64,000 nucleotides of DNA from an uncultured bacterium (lineage in GTDB: Bacteria; Bacillota; CAZWXO01): the NCBI GenBank assembly GCA_964637885.1, contig CAZWXO010000001.1, positions 112,731 to 176,730 of the forward strand. The letters are read 5' to 3'. A model generated the notes under the pieces. That model was not told where the DNA came from, did no database searches, and worked only from the letters and a program-made list of their open reading frames with translations. Of this stretch, positions 38,688-49,200 are shown piece by piece (within the stretch, counting starts at the first letter, position 1; the number at the start of each line of letters is the position of its first letter). Both the position numbers and the translations under genes were made by a program.

Positions 38688-39512
38688 CTACTTCCCTGCA
38701 GCTACCTTAACGCATTTCTGATGCTCCGGATTAATTTTGTTGGTGGCGTGTGTTTTGCTATTTAAAAAATGAATATCAAAATGCCCATCAAAATTATTGC
38801 CTTTGACAGCGTCTAAATTCATTCCCCTGCCATAACTCCCGCTCCGATTTGATACAGTAGCGTTTGCTGGAGCAGAGTCGAGCCCTGCATGAGGCAACGC
38901 AGACATTGATGCAGCTAATTTTCGGCCATTTACGTCGACAATGACAGCACGTGTAGCCCAAGACCACTTGCCCCAGATTGATAGCATTGTTGCTGTATCT
39001 TCTTTAGTCAAAGGCTCGCAGTCTGCATGGTTATGGCCATACGTTCTTTTAATATTAAAAGTTTTCCCGGTCTTGAAATCTGTCACTTTAACAACGGAAC
39101 CAATTTTAAATACACCATTTGCTTGTGCCCAATCAATATATTCGCCGTATTTGCCAGTATCGGCAACAGGAATGGTACGATCAACTGCAACTCCGCGGCT
39201 AGGCGTCGCATTTCTAGCATTGATGGCACTATCAAGGGCAGCAATCGTTTTTAAATCCAGCCAACCATCGGCAGTCAATCCCGCCTTTCCTTGAAACAGC
39301 TTGACTGCATTAATTGTTGGTGCATCATATGCTCCACTAGGTTGAGCATCGAGATACCCAAGGGTTATTAATTTTTTTTGCGCCTCGACGATACTCGATG
39401 CGGTGAGATTTGTATTATTTGCAGCTAAAACTGTCTCCGCTTGCAAAAAGCAAATTGGGAACAAAAAAATGCAAAATGATATGCACCCCACAAGTATTTT
39501 TCGATTTAGCAT
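38688..39512 (-). CDS. Secreted peptidoglycan-binding domain protein (putative cell-wall hydrolase)
   Basis: It has a signal peptide (MLNRKILVGCISFCIFLFPICFLQA) and a PG_binding_1 domain (LGYLDAQPSGAYDAPTINAVKLFQGKAGLTADGWLDLKT). The C-terminal domain is unassigned. Confidence 0.45.
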   Translation of the reverse strand: MLNRKILVGCISFCIFLFPICFLQAETVLAANNTNLTASSIVEAQKKLITLGYLDAQPSGAYDAPTINAVKLFQGKAGLTADGWLDLKTIAALDSAINARNATPSRGVAVDRTIPVADTGKYGEYIDWAQANGVFKIGSVVKVTDFKTGKTFNIKRTYGHNHADCEPLTKEDTATMLSIWGKWSWATRAVIVDVNGRKLAASMSALPHAGLDSAPANATVSNRSGSYGRGMNLDAVKGNNFDGHFDIHFLNSKTHATNKINPEHQKCVKVAAGK

Positions 39513-39531
39513 TCAAACCTCCTTAGAAAAT

Positions 39532-40854
39532 TCAATTAGTTAATCGTTCAGCCAGCTTTTGCGCATTTGTCAGTAACCGGGGCAAGTCAATTTGTGTCAA
39601 TTCACCGTCTTCAACAAGCATGACTCCATTTACAAAGACATGCGCTACATTGGAAGCATTTGATGAATATACAATGTTTGTGATCAAGTCGTGCAATGGA
39701 TACATGTTTGGCCGACTGATGTCTAGGACAATTAAATCTGCAAGTCCACCTACCCTTATTGTACCAGCATTGTCAAACCCAAGTGAAGCGCATCCCCTTC
39801 GAGTCGCCATTTCCAAGATATCCCAAGGTCCGACAGCTAAGGGGTCATGCTCTCTGACCTTCGCTAAAGTTGCAGCAAGCCTGATTTCTTTTAATATGTC
39901 GGCGTCATTATTGCTTGCAACTCCGTCAGTGCCCAAGCATATCTGCGTTTTCTGGTTGAGTATTTTTTTCAGTGGAGCGATTCCACTAGCTAATTTTAAA
40001 TTACTCCCTGGATTGTGAACGATTCTAATGTCTTTAGCGTTAGCGATGACTGCAAAATCATCTTCTGAAAGATGGACGCAGTGAGCAGCTAAAACCGGCA
40101 CACTGTCAAAGAAACCTAGGGATTTGCAGTGCTGAAAAGGAGTTGCCCCATACACGGCTATGCATTTTTCAACTTCATCAGCAGTTTCCGACAAATGGAT
40201 ATGCATGCCTGTGCCAAGTTTCCCCGCTAGCTCGATTGCGGCTTGTAAGTATCTGGGCACGCAGGTGTACACCGAATGAGGCCCTACCCAGATTTTTATC
40301 TGTCCGTCATTAGCGTCATGATAATCTCTATACAACGATTCGCCCTCGCGCAGGCGGTAGTCATCTTTTGGTGAAGAAAAATCTTGATCAAAACATTGCA
40401 ACCCGCGAGAAATGTTGGCTCTGATACCCGAGTCGAGCACCGCCTTAGCAATGGCTTCGCAGAAAAAATACTGGTCGGCAAAGCACGTAATTCCATTTAG
40501 CAACATTTCTGCGATGGCTAGCATCGCCCCATGATAAACACTTTCAGCGTTTAACTTTTCTTCAGCTGGAAAAATTTTAGAAAAAAGCCAGTCATGAAGG
40601 TTGCATCCTTCCCCATAGCCACGCAATAGTGCCATTGGAGTATGAGTGTGACCATTCACCAGGCCAGGCATCACACATTTGCCAGTCCCGTCGATGACCT
40701 TATCCCAGTTTTGCTGTCGCGATAAATCCGCAAATTCTGAGGCTTGCCAAAGACCAGAAATCTTTGAATCAGTGATTTCTAAATAGCTATCGGCGAAGGT
40801 TTTGTGTGACCCATCCATTGGAACGATTGCGACGTTTTTCAGTAACGTTTTCAT
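39532..40854 (-). CDS. mtaD: Amidohydrolase of the MTA/SAH deaminase (MtaD/TM0936) family
   Basis: It has the metal-binding motif VMPGLVNGHTHTPM and matches chlorohydrolase/ATZ-TRZ-family length. It abuts ahcY with a 0-nt gap. Confidence 0.7.
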   Translation of the reverse strand: MKTLLKNVAIVPMDGSHKTFADSYLEITDSKISGLWQASEFADLSRQQNWDKVIDGTGKCVMPGLVNGHTHTPMALLRGYGEGCNLHDWLFSKIFPAEEKLNAESVYHGAMLAIAEMLLNGITCFADQYFFCEAIAKAVLDSGIRANISRGLQCFDQDFSSPKDDYRLREGESLYRDYHDANDGQIKIWVGPHSVYTCVPRYLQAAIELAGKLGTGMHIHLSETADEVEKCIAVYGATPFQHCKSLGFFDSVPVLAAHCVHLSEDDFAVIANAKDIRIVHNPGSNLKLASGIAPLKKILNQKTQICLGTDGVASNNDADILKEIRLAATLAKVREHDPLAVGPWDILEMATRRGCASLGFDNAGTIRVGGLADLIVLDISRPNMYPLHDLITNIVYSSNASNVAHVFVNGVMLVEDGELTQIDLPRLLTNAQKLAERLTN

Positions 40855-42102
40855 TTAGACGCCGCAACTGCCCAAATAATCTGTTTGAGCGTCAGTCAAT
40901 TTGTCAATCTGTATCCCCCAAGCGGCTAATTTATATTCCGCGACTTTTTGATCTAAAATGCTAGGTATTTCATACACTTGAGCCTCAACACCACGCATAT
41001 TTTCCGCAACATATTTCGCTGCTAACGCCTGCAGGGCAAAGCTCATGTCCATAATCTCTATCGGATGTCCATCTCCGGCAGCAAGATTGACTAAGCGACC
41101 CTCGGCTAAAAGGTTGATGGTCCGCTTATCCGACATTTTGTAGCTCATAATATTGTTTCTCGCTAAAAATTTATTCTCTGCGGCTGTTTCAAGTTCCGGG
41201 ATATTGATTTCGACATCAAAATGACCGGCATTGCACATTATTGCACCATTAGGCATTGAGGCAAAATGTGATTTTCGAATTACATCTGAACACCCGGTTA
41301 CCGTGACAAAAACGTCGCCTAACGGCGCTGCTTCGTCCATTGTCATCACCTTGAAGCCATCCATGACAGCCTCAATTGCCTTGACGGGATCAATCTCGGT
41401 AATAATAACGTGCGCTCCAAGGCCCTTCGCTCTCATCGCAACACCTTTTCCGCACCATCCATAACCAGCTACAACGACATTTTTTCCTGACATCACCATA
41501 TTAGTAGTTTGCATGATCGCAGTCCAAACTGATTGCCCCGTTCCATAGCGATTATCAAAGAGATGTTTGCAATAAGCATCGTTGACGGCAATCATCGGGA
41601 AGGACAATTCTTTATCACGTGCTCTAGCACGCAAACGCAAAACCCCAGTAGTGGTCTCTTCGCTACCCCCAATAACATCACTGGCCATCTCTTTACGTGT
41701 CGAGTGCAATAAATGAACTAAATCTCCACCATCATCAATGACAATTGTAGGCTTACAATCCAAAGCACGATTCAAATGCTCGACATATTCGGCCTCGGTC
41801 GCATTATGCCAAGCAAAAACTTTAATGCCGGTTTTCGCCAAGGCAGCCGATACGTCATCCTGCGTCGACAAAGGGTTACTCCCTGTAACATAGACATCCG
41901 CACCACCAGCAGCCAGTACTTTGGCGAGATTAGCAGTTTTTGCTTCCAGATGAATGGAAACAACGATTCGTTCTCCTTTTAGGCACTGGCTCTGAGAAAA
42001 TTCCTCAGAAATTTTTTGCAATATTGGCATGTGCTCCCATGCCCACGAAATTTTGCGCTCCCCATTTTCCCAAAGGTTCATGTCGCGTACGATTGAGTCC
42101 AT
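40855..42102 (-). CDS. ahcY: Adenosylhomocysteinase (SAH hydrolase)
   Basis: It has the NAD-binding motif (VVVAGYGWCGKGVAMRAKGLGAHVIITEIDP) and the AdoHcyase signatures. Confidence 0.9.
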   Translation of the reverse strand: MDSIVRDMNLWENGERKISWAWEHMPILQKISEEFSQSQCLKGERIVVSIHLEAKTANLAKVLAAGGADVYVTGSNPLSTQDDVSAALAKTGIKVFAWHNATEAEYVEHLNRALDCKPTIVIDDGGDLVHLLHSTRKEMASDVIGGSEETTTGVLRLRARARDKELSFPMIAVNDAYCKHLFDNRYGTGQSVWTAIMQTTNMVMSGKNVVVAGYGWCGKGVAMRAKGLGAHVIITEIDPVKAIEAVMDGFKVMTMDEAAPLGDVFVTVTGCSDVIRKSHFASMPNGAIMCNAGHFDVEINIPELETAAENKFLARNNIMSYKMSDKRTINLLAEGRLVNLAAGDGHPIEIMDMSFALQALAAKYVAENMRGVEAQVYEIPSILDQKVAEYKLAAWGIQIDKLTDAQTDYLGSCGV

Positions 42103-42134
42103 CTTTAGCCCTCCAGTTAAAATTTATATTTTTC

Positions 42135-42641
42135 TTAAATGTAAAATTCGTAAAATCCGAAAGGCTGATATGGCAGCCCATCGATTGAGGCCGGCGGATA
42201 GAGATTGTAATGATCTTGGTGGTGCTTTAAGCAGATTTCCTTTGCTAACCAGGCCACATCGCTGTCGCTACTCAAATCAGGGATGGAAAAAAAAGCAGCT
42301 TGCAGTATTTCCTTCCCATCTGCAATAGCTGTTTGAGTTGTATCTTTTTCCTCTACCAAGAACACGATATAGATATCGGTGGTATTTGAATCAATTTGCT
42401 TAGAGCGGATAGCAATAATACCCATTGTTTTTCCATCAAGCCCTGTTTCCTCTTTTAATTCCCGCAGGGCAGCATGGGAAAGCGCTTCACCATTTTCCAA
42501 ATGTCCACCTGGCAAAACCCACTTATTCAACATTTCCCCGAAGCCTTGTTTAACTAGTAAATATTTGTTATCGCGTTCAACCAAGGCCCCCACTCCAATA
42601 AAATTGGTGAAAACTGTCGGCATAATCCACATCCATCCCAT
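42135..42641 (-). CDS. NUDIX hydrolase
   Basis: The Nudix box is GGHLENGEALSHAALRELKEETG. The gene lies 32 nt upstream of ahcY on the same strand. Its candidate promoter is TTGCCA, 17 nt, TAAAAT. Confidence 0.75.
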   Translation of the reverse strand: MGWMWIMPTVFTNFIGVGALVERDNKYLLVKQGFGEMLNKWVLPGGHLENGEALSHAALRELKEETGLDGKTMGIIAIRSKQIDSNTTDIYIVFLVEEKDTTQTAIADGKEILQAAFFSIPDLSSDSDVAWLAKEICLKHHQDHYNLYPPASIDGLPYQPFGFYEFYI

Positions 42642-42689
42642 ACATATGTTCCTAGCCTTACATCACAGAGAGTATTTTACCCCAGAAAA

Positions 42690-42733
42690 TAAACATTGGC
42701 AAATCGAAGGGGGCTGAAACGATCAGCCCCCTT
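42690..42733 (-). terminator. Terminator after ppdK
   Basis: An 11-bp GC-rich stem (AAGGGGGCTGA / TCAGCCCCCTT) is followed on the minus strand by a T-rich tract. Confidence 0.55.
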
Positions 42734-42882
42734 AAAACTAGAGAAATATTGCTACTCAATCCATATTCCCAGCTATTTTTGATTGGTACATGCACAAATC
42801 AAAAATCCAGCATTTCCGTTCAAGATTTTATAAGAATAGTCCTAAATGACCTGAGTCACTTAATGACTACTTGCCACCAAGA

Positions 42883-45528
42883 TTATCCATCATTTTCAGT
42901 TAAGGCAGCCTGCCCAGCCGCTAGTCTAGCAATCGGCACCCGATAAGGCGAGCAGCTAATGTAATCTAGTGGCAATTTGTGGAAAAATTTAATTGATTGC
43001 GGATCCCCACCATGTTCACCACAAACGCCGATTTTGAGATTAGGTTTTCTTTTTCGTCCATTGGCAATGCCCATTTTGACAAGTGCACCAACTCCATCTT
43101 CATCGATGACGGCAAATGGATTATCTTTCAAAATCTTGTGCTCTACATAGAAATGCAAGAATTTACCTTCGGCGTCGTCTCGGGAAAATCCGAGGGTAGT
43201 CTGTGTCAGATCATTGGTGCCAAATGAAAAGAAGTCAGCAAATTCAGCAATATCATCAGCAGTAACGCATGCCCTTGGCACTTCGATCATCGTTCCTACT
43301 GAGTAAGAAACATCGACATTGTTTTCTTTTAGAATCTCATCCATCGTTTCGACTGTAATCTCCCGCATAAACTGTAGTTCATTAGCATGGACAACAAGTG
43401 GGATCATAATTTCAGGAACGACTGATATTCCCCGCTTAGCTAGGTCTACTACCGCCAATGCAATTGCTTTAATCTGCATCTGATATATATCTGGATGCAC
43501 AATCCCTAAGCGAACTCCACGATGCCCAAGCATTGGATTAAACTCTGCCAAGGCTTTAACTTTTCGTAGTAAATTTTCTTTTGATGCTATATTTTTTGAA
43601 TCCCCGCCTGTCAGTTTTAATGTCCGAACTTCAACTGTTAAATCTTCACCATTGGGTAAGAACTCGTGCAACGGCGGATCTAGCAAGCGAATGGTGACAG
43701 GCAGACCTTCCATCGCTTCGAAAATACCAATAAAATCATTCATTTGCAACGGCATAAGCTTATTTAAAGCTAATTTCCGTTCTTCGTCATCCTCCGCCAA
43801 AATCATCGCTTGGACTAATGGAATTCGATCCTGGGCCATAAACATATGTTCCGTGCGACAAAGTCCAATTCCTTGCGCTGCAAATTCCCTTGCTTTTAAA
43901 GCATCTTGAGGATTATCCGCGTTGGCATATACCTTTAGTCTTCTAAACTCATCTGCCCAAGCCAAAATGGTCCGAAATTCCTCTCCAAGTGTTGGATCAA
44001 TCAGAGTGACCTCGCCATTGATTACGTCTCCGGTTCCGCCATCGATGGTAATCAAATCGCCTTCGCGAAAGGTTTTATCATCTACATTGAATTCACGTGA
44101 AACAAGATTAACTTTGATTGCATCACAACCGCAGACACATGGTTTTCCCATTCCCCTTGCTACCACAGCCGCATGGCTGGTCATCCCACCCCGGGAAGTT
44201 AAAATCCCCTCTGCTGCCAAAATTCCATGGATGTCATCAGGAGTAGTTTCGGTTCGTACTAATATAACTTTTGCGCCAGCTTTTACTTTGTCAACGGCAT
44301 CATCCGAGTCAAATACAATGACTCCCAGGGCAGCCCCAGGTGAAGCAGGTAAACCTCGGGCAATTATGTCATATTTCAGGCTATGATCGATGCGTCGATG
44401 CATCACATGATTCAATTGTTCCGGCTCGACTCTCATGATAGCTTCTTTTTTGCTGATTAAACCTTCTTCAGCCATATCGACGGCACACTTCATCGCCGCT
44501 GCTGCAGTCCTTTTGCCTGTTCGGGTTTGCAGCAAATAAAGTTTACCTTTTTCGATAGTAAATTCAATATCCTGCATATTTCGGTAATGAGTTTCGAGAC
44601 GGGTGCAAATATCGACAAACTGCTGGAAAACTTCCGGCATTTCCGATTCCAATTGCGAGATGTGGTGTGGTGTCCTAACACCTGCAACAACATCCTCGCC
44701 TTGAGCGTTGAACAGATATTCTCCATACAGGAGTTTTTCGCCGGTCGATGGATTGCGAGTGAAGGCAACACCTGTTCCTGAATCAGATCCCATATTACCA
44801 AAAACCATGGATTGGACAGTCACTGCGGTCCCAATATCGTCAGAAATTTTGTTGATTTGACGATATATTTTCGCTCGCGGATTCTGCCAAGAATCAAAGA
44901 CAGCCTCAATGGCCATATAGAGCTGTTTTTTAGTATCTTGCGGAAAATCTGCTTGCGCATTGTCGCGGACAATCGCTTTGAACGTAACGACAAGTTCGCG
45001 TAAATTTTCACATGTAAGTTCGTTGTCAAAAGAAACATTTGCTCGTTTTTTAAGTACATCGAGTGCATGTTCAAAATCGCTGTAAGGTGCTTTCATCACA
45101 ACTTCACCAAACATTTGGATGAAACGGCGGTAGCAATCTAAGGCGAAACGTTCATTGTCAGTAGCTTTGGCAACGACTTCAACCGTCTCATCGTTGAGAC
45201 CTAGATTTAAAATGGTATCCATCATCCCTGGCATTGATACAGCGGCACCGCTACGAACGGATACGAGCAAAGGATTATCGCCGTAGCCGAAAGTTTTCCC
45301 TGTGCTCGCTTCGAGAGTAGCCAAAGCGCTCTCAGCTTGGCTGATCAAGTCATGGGAAAGCTTGTGTTCTACCTGATATTCATTACATGCACCTGTCGAG
45401 ATTGTAAAGCCGGGCGGAACAGGTAGACCAATACTTACCATTTCCGCCAAGCCAGCGCCCTTTCCCCCCAGGATGCTTTTCATAGAAGCATTGCCTTCAC
45501 TAAATAAATAGACTTTCTTTTCAGACAT
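42883..45528 (-). CDS. ppdK: Pyruvate, phosphate dikinase
   Basis: The 881-aa protein has the PPDK N-terminal ATP-grasp, a central phosphohistidine domain (GGMTSHAAVVARG) and a PEP-utilising C-terminal domain. Confidence 0.95.
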   Translation of the reverse strand: MSEKKVYLFSEGNASMKSILGGKGAGLAEMVSIGLPVPPGFTISTGACNEYQVEHKLSHDLISQAESALATLEASTGKTFGYGDNPLLVSVRSGAAVSMPGMMDTILNLGLNDETVEVVAKATDNERFALDCYRRFIQMFGEVVMKAPYSDFEHALDVLKKRANVSFDNELTCENLRELVVTFKAIVRDNAQADFPQDTKKQLYMAIEAVFDSWQNPRAKIYRQINKISDDIGTAVTVQSMVFGNMGSDSGTGVAFTRNPSTGEKLLYGEYLFNAQGEDVVAGVRTPHHISQLESEMPEVFQQFVDICTRLETHYRNMQDIEFTIEKGKLYLLQTRTGKRTAAAAMKCAVDMAEEGLISKKEAIMRVEPEQLNHVMHRRIDHSLKYDIIARGLPASPGAALGVIVFDSDDAVDKVKAGAKVILVRTETTPDDIHGILAAEGILTSRGGMTSHAAVVARGMGKPCVCGCDAIKVNLVSREFNVDDKTFREGDLITIDGGTGDVINGEVTLIDPTLGEEFRTILAWADEFRRLKVYANADNPQDALKAREFAAQGIGLCRTEHMFMAQDRIPLVQAMILAEDDEERKLALNKLMPLQMNDFIGIFEAMEGLPVTIRLLDPPLHEFLPNGEDLTVEVRTLKLTGGDSKNIASKENLLRKVKALAEFNPMLGHRGVRLGIVHPDIYQMQIKAIALAVVDLAKRGISVVPEIMIPLVVHANELQFMREITVETMDEILKENNVDVSYSVGTMIEVPRACVTADDIAEFADFFSFGTNDLTQTTLGFSRDDAEGKFLHFYVEHKILKDNPFAVIDEDGVGALVKMGIANGRKRKPNLKIGVCGEHGGDPQSIKFFHKLPLDYISCSPYRVPIARLAAGQAALTENDG

Positions 45529-46357
45529 CTGTGGTTTCCCTCCTTTTTTTAATACAATCGATTATTTCATTGGCTGTTTCTTCAATTGCTTTTTTGGTAA
45601 CGTTGATTATCGGGCACTTCAGTTTTCTCATTAAGGCTTCAGCAAAATCCAGCTCACTGAGAATCCTGTCAAGATTAGCATAGTCAGCTTGGTTAGGTAG
45701 CCCCAGAACCTTTAATCGTGTCTGGCGAATCGAGAATAATTCTTCCGGATTAATTGTCAGCCCCACCATTTTACGATTAGAAATTTCAAAGAGCTCTTTT
45801 GGAGGCGTTACTTCAGGAACTAGCGGAATATTTGCGACTTTATAGCCACGGTTTGCCAAATACATACTTATAGGTGTTTTTGAGGTCCGGGAAACACCTA
45901 CCAAAGCAATGTCCGCCTTAAACAATCCTCGAGGATCCTTGCCATCGTCAAATTTTACAGCAAACTCAATAGCCTCGATGCGCTGAAAGTACTCTGCGTC
46001 TAATCGGTGAATCTTACCTGGTTCCATCTTTGGCTCGACCCCTGTAATTGATGACAAGCTATTCAAAAGAGGCCCCATCAAATCAATCGCCTCGATAGAT
46101 TTTTCAAGTGCCTTTTCCGCTAAGTATATTCTCAAATCACTGTCAAGCAGGGTATAAACAAGCATACTAGGTTTTTTGGTAGCTGTGTCTAAGATCGTAT
46201 CGATAAAATTCCGATCATTAACATATGGCATTCGCTTAATTTCAAAATTATTTGCCGAAAACTGGCTGATGCCCGCCCGGACAACAAGCTCTGCTGTTTC
46301 ACCAATCGAATCGGAAACAATGTAGATCTTAAACCGCTGTTTCTGGTCTTGATCCAT
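45521..46357 (-). CDS. PPDK regulatory protein (PDRP, DUF299/YqfL family kinase-phosphotransferase)
   Basis: It has the P-loop GVSRTSKTP. It overlaps the ppdK start and sits downstream of ccpN, as yqfL does in Bacillus. Confidence 0.85.
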   Translation of the reverse strand: MDQDQKQRFKIYIVSDSIGETAELVVRAGISQFSANNFEIKRMPYVNDRNFIDTILDTATKKPSMLVYTLLDSDLRIYLAEKALEKSIEAIDLMGPLLNSLSSITGVEPKMEPGKIHRLDAEYFQRIEAIEFAVKFDDGKDPRGLFKADIALVGVSRTSKTPISMYLANRGYKVANIPLVPEVTPPKELFEISNRKMVGLTINPEELFSIRQTRLKVLGLPNQADYANLDRILSELDFAEALMRKLKCPIINVTKKAIEETANEIIDCIKKRRETTDV

Positions 46358-46366
46358 TACAAATCA

Positions 46367-47017
46367 TCACCTCTCTAACACTTCGCCGGCTTCGACAAAA
46401 ATGCTATTTATCGTTTCTAAAGATATTCGACCCAGCACCTTCAATATCCTCTTGCTTTCATCATGAGGCGAATTAGAAAAACTGATCACTGGCAAACTCT
46501 CGATGCTAAAATCTCTTAAAATTTTTGCAGCCGTGTAGATATCATCATCCTCCTTAACAAATTGAACATTCGGGTGTTTGGTCATGAGCATAGAAACTGG
46601 AAGTTTTTCTAAATCGGCGCCTCCAAGGCTTACTCTTAAAAAATCTTTCCTTGATGCAACACCGACTAAAGAGTTTTCATGGTCAACAATATAAACTGAC
46701 CCAACATCATCTGTAAAAAAACGTACTCCTGCATCAAATGCCGAAGAATTTTCCTGGACGATTGTTGGCGTTGACATAAGCTCAGCAACCTTTAGTGTCC
46801 GCACATAACGCATAAAAATACCTTGATTTTCTTTAATGCACACAAAATAGCCGACTTTAGGTTTGGCATCTAAAAACCCGGCTAGGCTTAAGACTGCAAG
46901 ATCAGGCCTGATTGTCGGCTTTGAAAGATCCAATCTGGATGATATTTGCTCGGCTGTCAGTGGGCCTGACTCTTTGAGCATTTTTATGATTAATTCTTGT
47001 CGGCTCGATAATTGAAT
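46367..47017 (-). CDS. ccpN: Transcriptional repressor CcpN (HTH plus two CBS domains)
   Basis: It aligns with B. subtilis CcpN across its whole length (LSSRQELIIKMLKESGPLTAE..RPDLAVLSLAGFLDAKPKVGYF..). The start is uncertain. The only codon well placed after the GGAGGT RBS is ATT at 47017. ATG 46981 is an alternative but has no RBS. The ORF-track start at 47089 lies upstream of the promoter. Confidence 0.7.
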   Translation of the reverse strand: MQLSSRQELIIKMLKESGPLTAEQISSRLDLSKPTIRPDLAVLSLAGFLDAKPKVGYFVCIKENQGIFMRYVRTLKVAELMSTPTIVQENSSAFDAGVRFFTDDVGSVYIVDHENSLVGVASRKDFLRVSLGGADLEKLPVSMLMTKHPNVQFVKEDDDIYTAAKILRDFSIESLPVISFSNSPHDESKRILKVLGRISLETINSIFVEAGEVLER

Positions 47018-47032
47018 AGCGGCAACCTCCAA

Positions 47033-47063
47033 TAATATGTCATTAATTAATATATGACATATT
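47033..47063. promoter_or_regulatory. Palindromic operator-like element in the ccpN promoter/5' region
   Basis: The arms AATATGTCAT ... ATGACATATT are 10 bp each, around an AT-rich centre containing TTAATTAA. The element lies just downstream of a TTGCGC, 17 nt, TATAAT promoter. Confidence 0.3.
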
Positions 47064-47085
47064 ATATACAAAGCTTGCGAAGGGC

Positions 47086-47114
47086 GCAATATTAAAAAGC
47101 CGCTTATGCGGCTC
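47086..47114 (-). terminator. Terminator after glyS
   Basis: On the minus strand a GCCGC-ataa-GCGGGC stem is followed by TTTTTAATATT. Confidence 0.5.
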
Positions 47115-47124
47115 CTTAATCTTA

Positions 47125-49200
47125 CTAGATTAACTTACTGATATCGGCAATTTTTAAAGCAGGTTCTACAATTGCAGCCAGCAGAGCCAACCGGTTTTCT
47201 CTAACATCATCATTTTTATCCATAACCATTACCTCATCAAAAAATCGGTTAATCGGATCACAAAACTTCGAGTAAGCATCGAATAGCGCTTCGAATTGTT
47301 CCAGTGAACACTTTTCATGCAGCGTTGAAGATGCCTCCTGGAATATATTACAAAGCGCTTTTTCTGCCTCGTTATCGATTAACGCAGGATTTGGAGGCAA
47401 AAATCTAGTGCGCTTTTTCGAGAGATTGATAGCTCTTTTTAGCGCTAACAGCGTATTCAATTGCTTTTCATCGTTTAAAACTACTTGGATCGCCTTGGCG
47501 CGGAGCGTTACATCAATGATATTTTCCGCTGATACTTCCGTTGTAGCTTCAACAATCTCGTGAGAAATGCCTTGCGCGCTTACCAAGTAAACGATTCGTT
47601 GTTTAACGAAATCCATTAGTTTTTCAATCGATTGTTCATTAATAGAGATATTTTCTTGTGAAGAAAGTATCTCCAAGGTAAACTTAAATATTTCTCGTAA
47701 GCTGAGATTAAAATTGTTTTCTAAAATTATGTTCAAAATGCCGAGGGCTGAACGTCTAAGCGCATAGGGGTCCTGAGAGCCAGTCGGCACTATTCCGATT
47801 GCAAAACAAGCAGTCAATGTATCAATTTTATCAGCGAGAGCCAATATTTTACCAATTCCGTTGGACGGCAACGAGTCACTAGCATGACGGGGGCGATAAT
47901 ATTCGTCAATAGCCTTAGAGATTTCTTGATCTTCTCCATCGTGCTCAGCGTAATATCGTCCCATTATCCCTTGCAATTCCGGAAATTCAAAAACCATATG
48001 CGTTGTTAAATCGGCTTTTGACAATTTAGCTGCGCGCTGAAGCAAAGCAGGGTCAATATCTAAAGTGTTAATCTCTTTTCTTAGATATTCGGCAATCAGA
48101 GCAATTCGATTAACTTTACTATATATCGAACCAAGCTTTTCATGATATGTTACTTTTTTTAGACCATCAACTTTATCCACTAACGGGCGCCTAGTATCTT
48201 CGTGTAAAAAGAACAGAGCATCGGCGAGGCGAGCTCGCAATACTTTTTCATTTCCTTCCCGTATAATTGCATCAGAAACGAGTTTGCCATTGGCGATTGT
48301 AATAAAATGCGGAGCCAATCTAGCATCTGTAAGCCGCCTGACCGGAAAGTAGCGTTGATTCTCCCGCATCGTTGTTATTAAAACTTCTTCAGGCAGCTGT
48401 AGATACTCCTCAGCAAATGAACCCATAATCGGATGTGATTCCTCGACTAAATTTACAACCTCGCTAAGCAGATCCACGTCAATCTCTACAGCTAAGTTGT
48501 TGGATTGTGCTATATCAGTGATTTGAGTTCGAATCATATCGGATCTCGCAGCAATTGACGGAACAACATGATTCTCGAGCAGCACTCGTTCATAATCCTC
48601 GGCCTTTTCTATAGAAATAATATCTGTGGATAAAAAACGATGACCTCTAGTACTTCGGCCACTGACAATGTCGGCAAAGCGTATTGTCAATTCTTGGTCA
48701 TCTAAAAGAGAAATCATCGAGTGAACTGGGCGCGCGAACAAATACCCGCCCATCCCCCACCGCATATTTTTTGGGAAACGCAAACTCGATAAAAGTTCAG
48801 TGACTAGAATCTTTAATAATTCTTGGATGCTTTGACCAGTAATTTTTTTGGTAGCAATCAAATATTCAACGCCATTAATTTCTTCTTTCTTCATTGATTC
48901 CGGGGCAATGCTTTGCGCTTTGGCAAATCCCAATGCAGCCTTGGTAAAATTGCCATCACCATCGAATGCGGCTTTAACAGAAGGCCCCTTGGCAGAAATT
49001 TCTCTGTCGGTCTGGGCTACCGGTAGTCCACTAACTAAAAAGGCTAGACGCCGTGGTGTTCCATATATTTTAATTTCATCGTAGGCGATTCCCTCTTGGC
49101 TAAAACCCTTTTCCAAGTAGGATTTCATGTCTTCAAGGGCTGGCCCAACGAAGGATGATGGCAGTTCTTCTGTTAAAATCTCAAATAAATAATTATGCAT
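47125..49200 (-). CDS. glyS: Glycine--tRNA ligase beta subunit
   Basis: The start is ATG 49200 ([14 protein letters not shown]), overlapping the glyQ stop by 8 nt. The ORF-track start at 49359 is inside glyQ. Confidence 0.9.
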   Translation of the reverse strand: MHNYLFEILTEELPSSFVGPALEDMKSYLEKGFSQEGIAYDEIKIYGTPRRLAFLVSGLPVAQTDREISAKGPSVKAAFDGDGNFTKAALGFAKAQSIAPESMKKEEINGVEYLIATKKITGQSIQELLKILVTELLSSLRFPKNMRWGMGGYLFARPVHSMISLLDDQELTIRFADIVSGRSTRGHRFLSTDIISIEKAEDYERVLLENHVVPSIAARSDMIRTQITDIAQSNNLAVEIDVDLLSEVVNLVEESHPIMGSFAEEYLQLPEEVLITTMRENQRYFPVRRLTDARLAPHFITIANGKLVSDAIIREGNEKVLRARLADALFFLHEDTRRPLVDKVDGLKKVTYHEKLGSIYSKVNRIALIAEYLRKEINTLDIDPALLQRAAKLSKADLTTHMVFEFPELQGIMGRYYAEHDGEDQEISKAIDEYYRPRHASDSLPSNGIGKILALADKIDTLTACFAIGIVPTGSQDPYALRRSALGILNIILENNFNLSLREIFKFTLEILSSQENISINEQSIEKLMDFVKQRIVYLVSAQGISHEIVEATTEVSAENIIDVTLRAKAIQVVLNDEKQLNTLLALKRAINLSKKRTRFLPPNPALIDNEAEKALCNIFQEASSTLHEKCSLEQFEALFDAYSKFCDPINRFFDEVMVMDKNDDVRENRLALLAAIVEPALKIADISKLI

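Noticed and set aside
42749-42946. 65-aa plus-strand ORF between NUDIX and ppdK
   Set aside because: It spans the ppdK terminator and the 3' end of ppdK antisense. It has no RBS and is a low-complexity translation.
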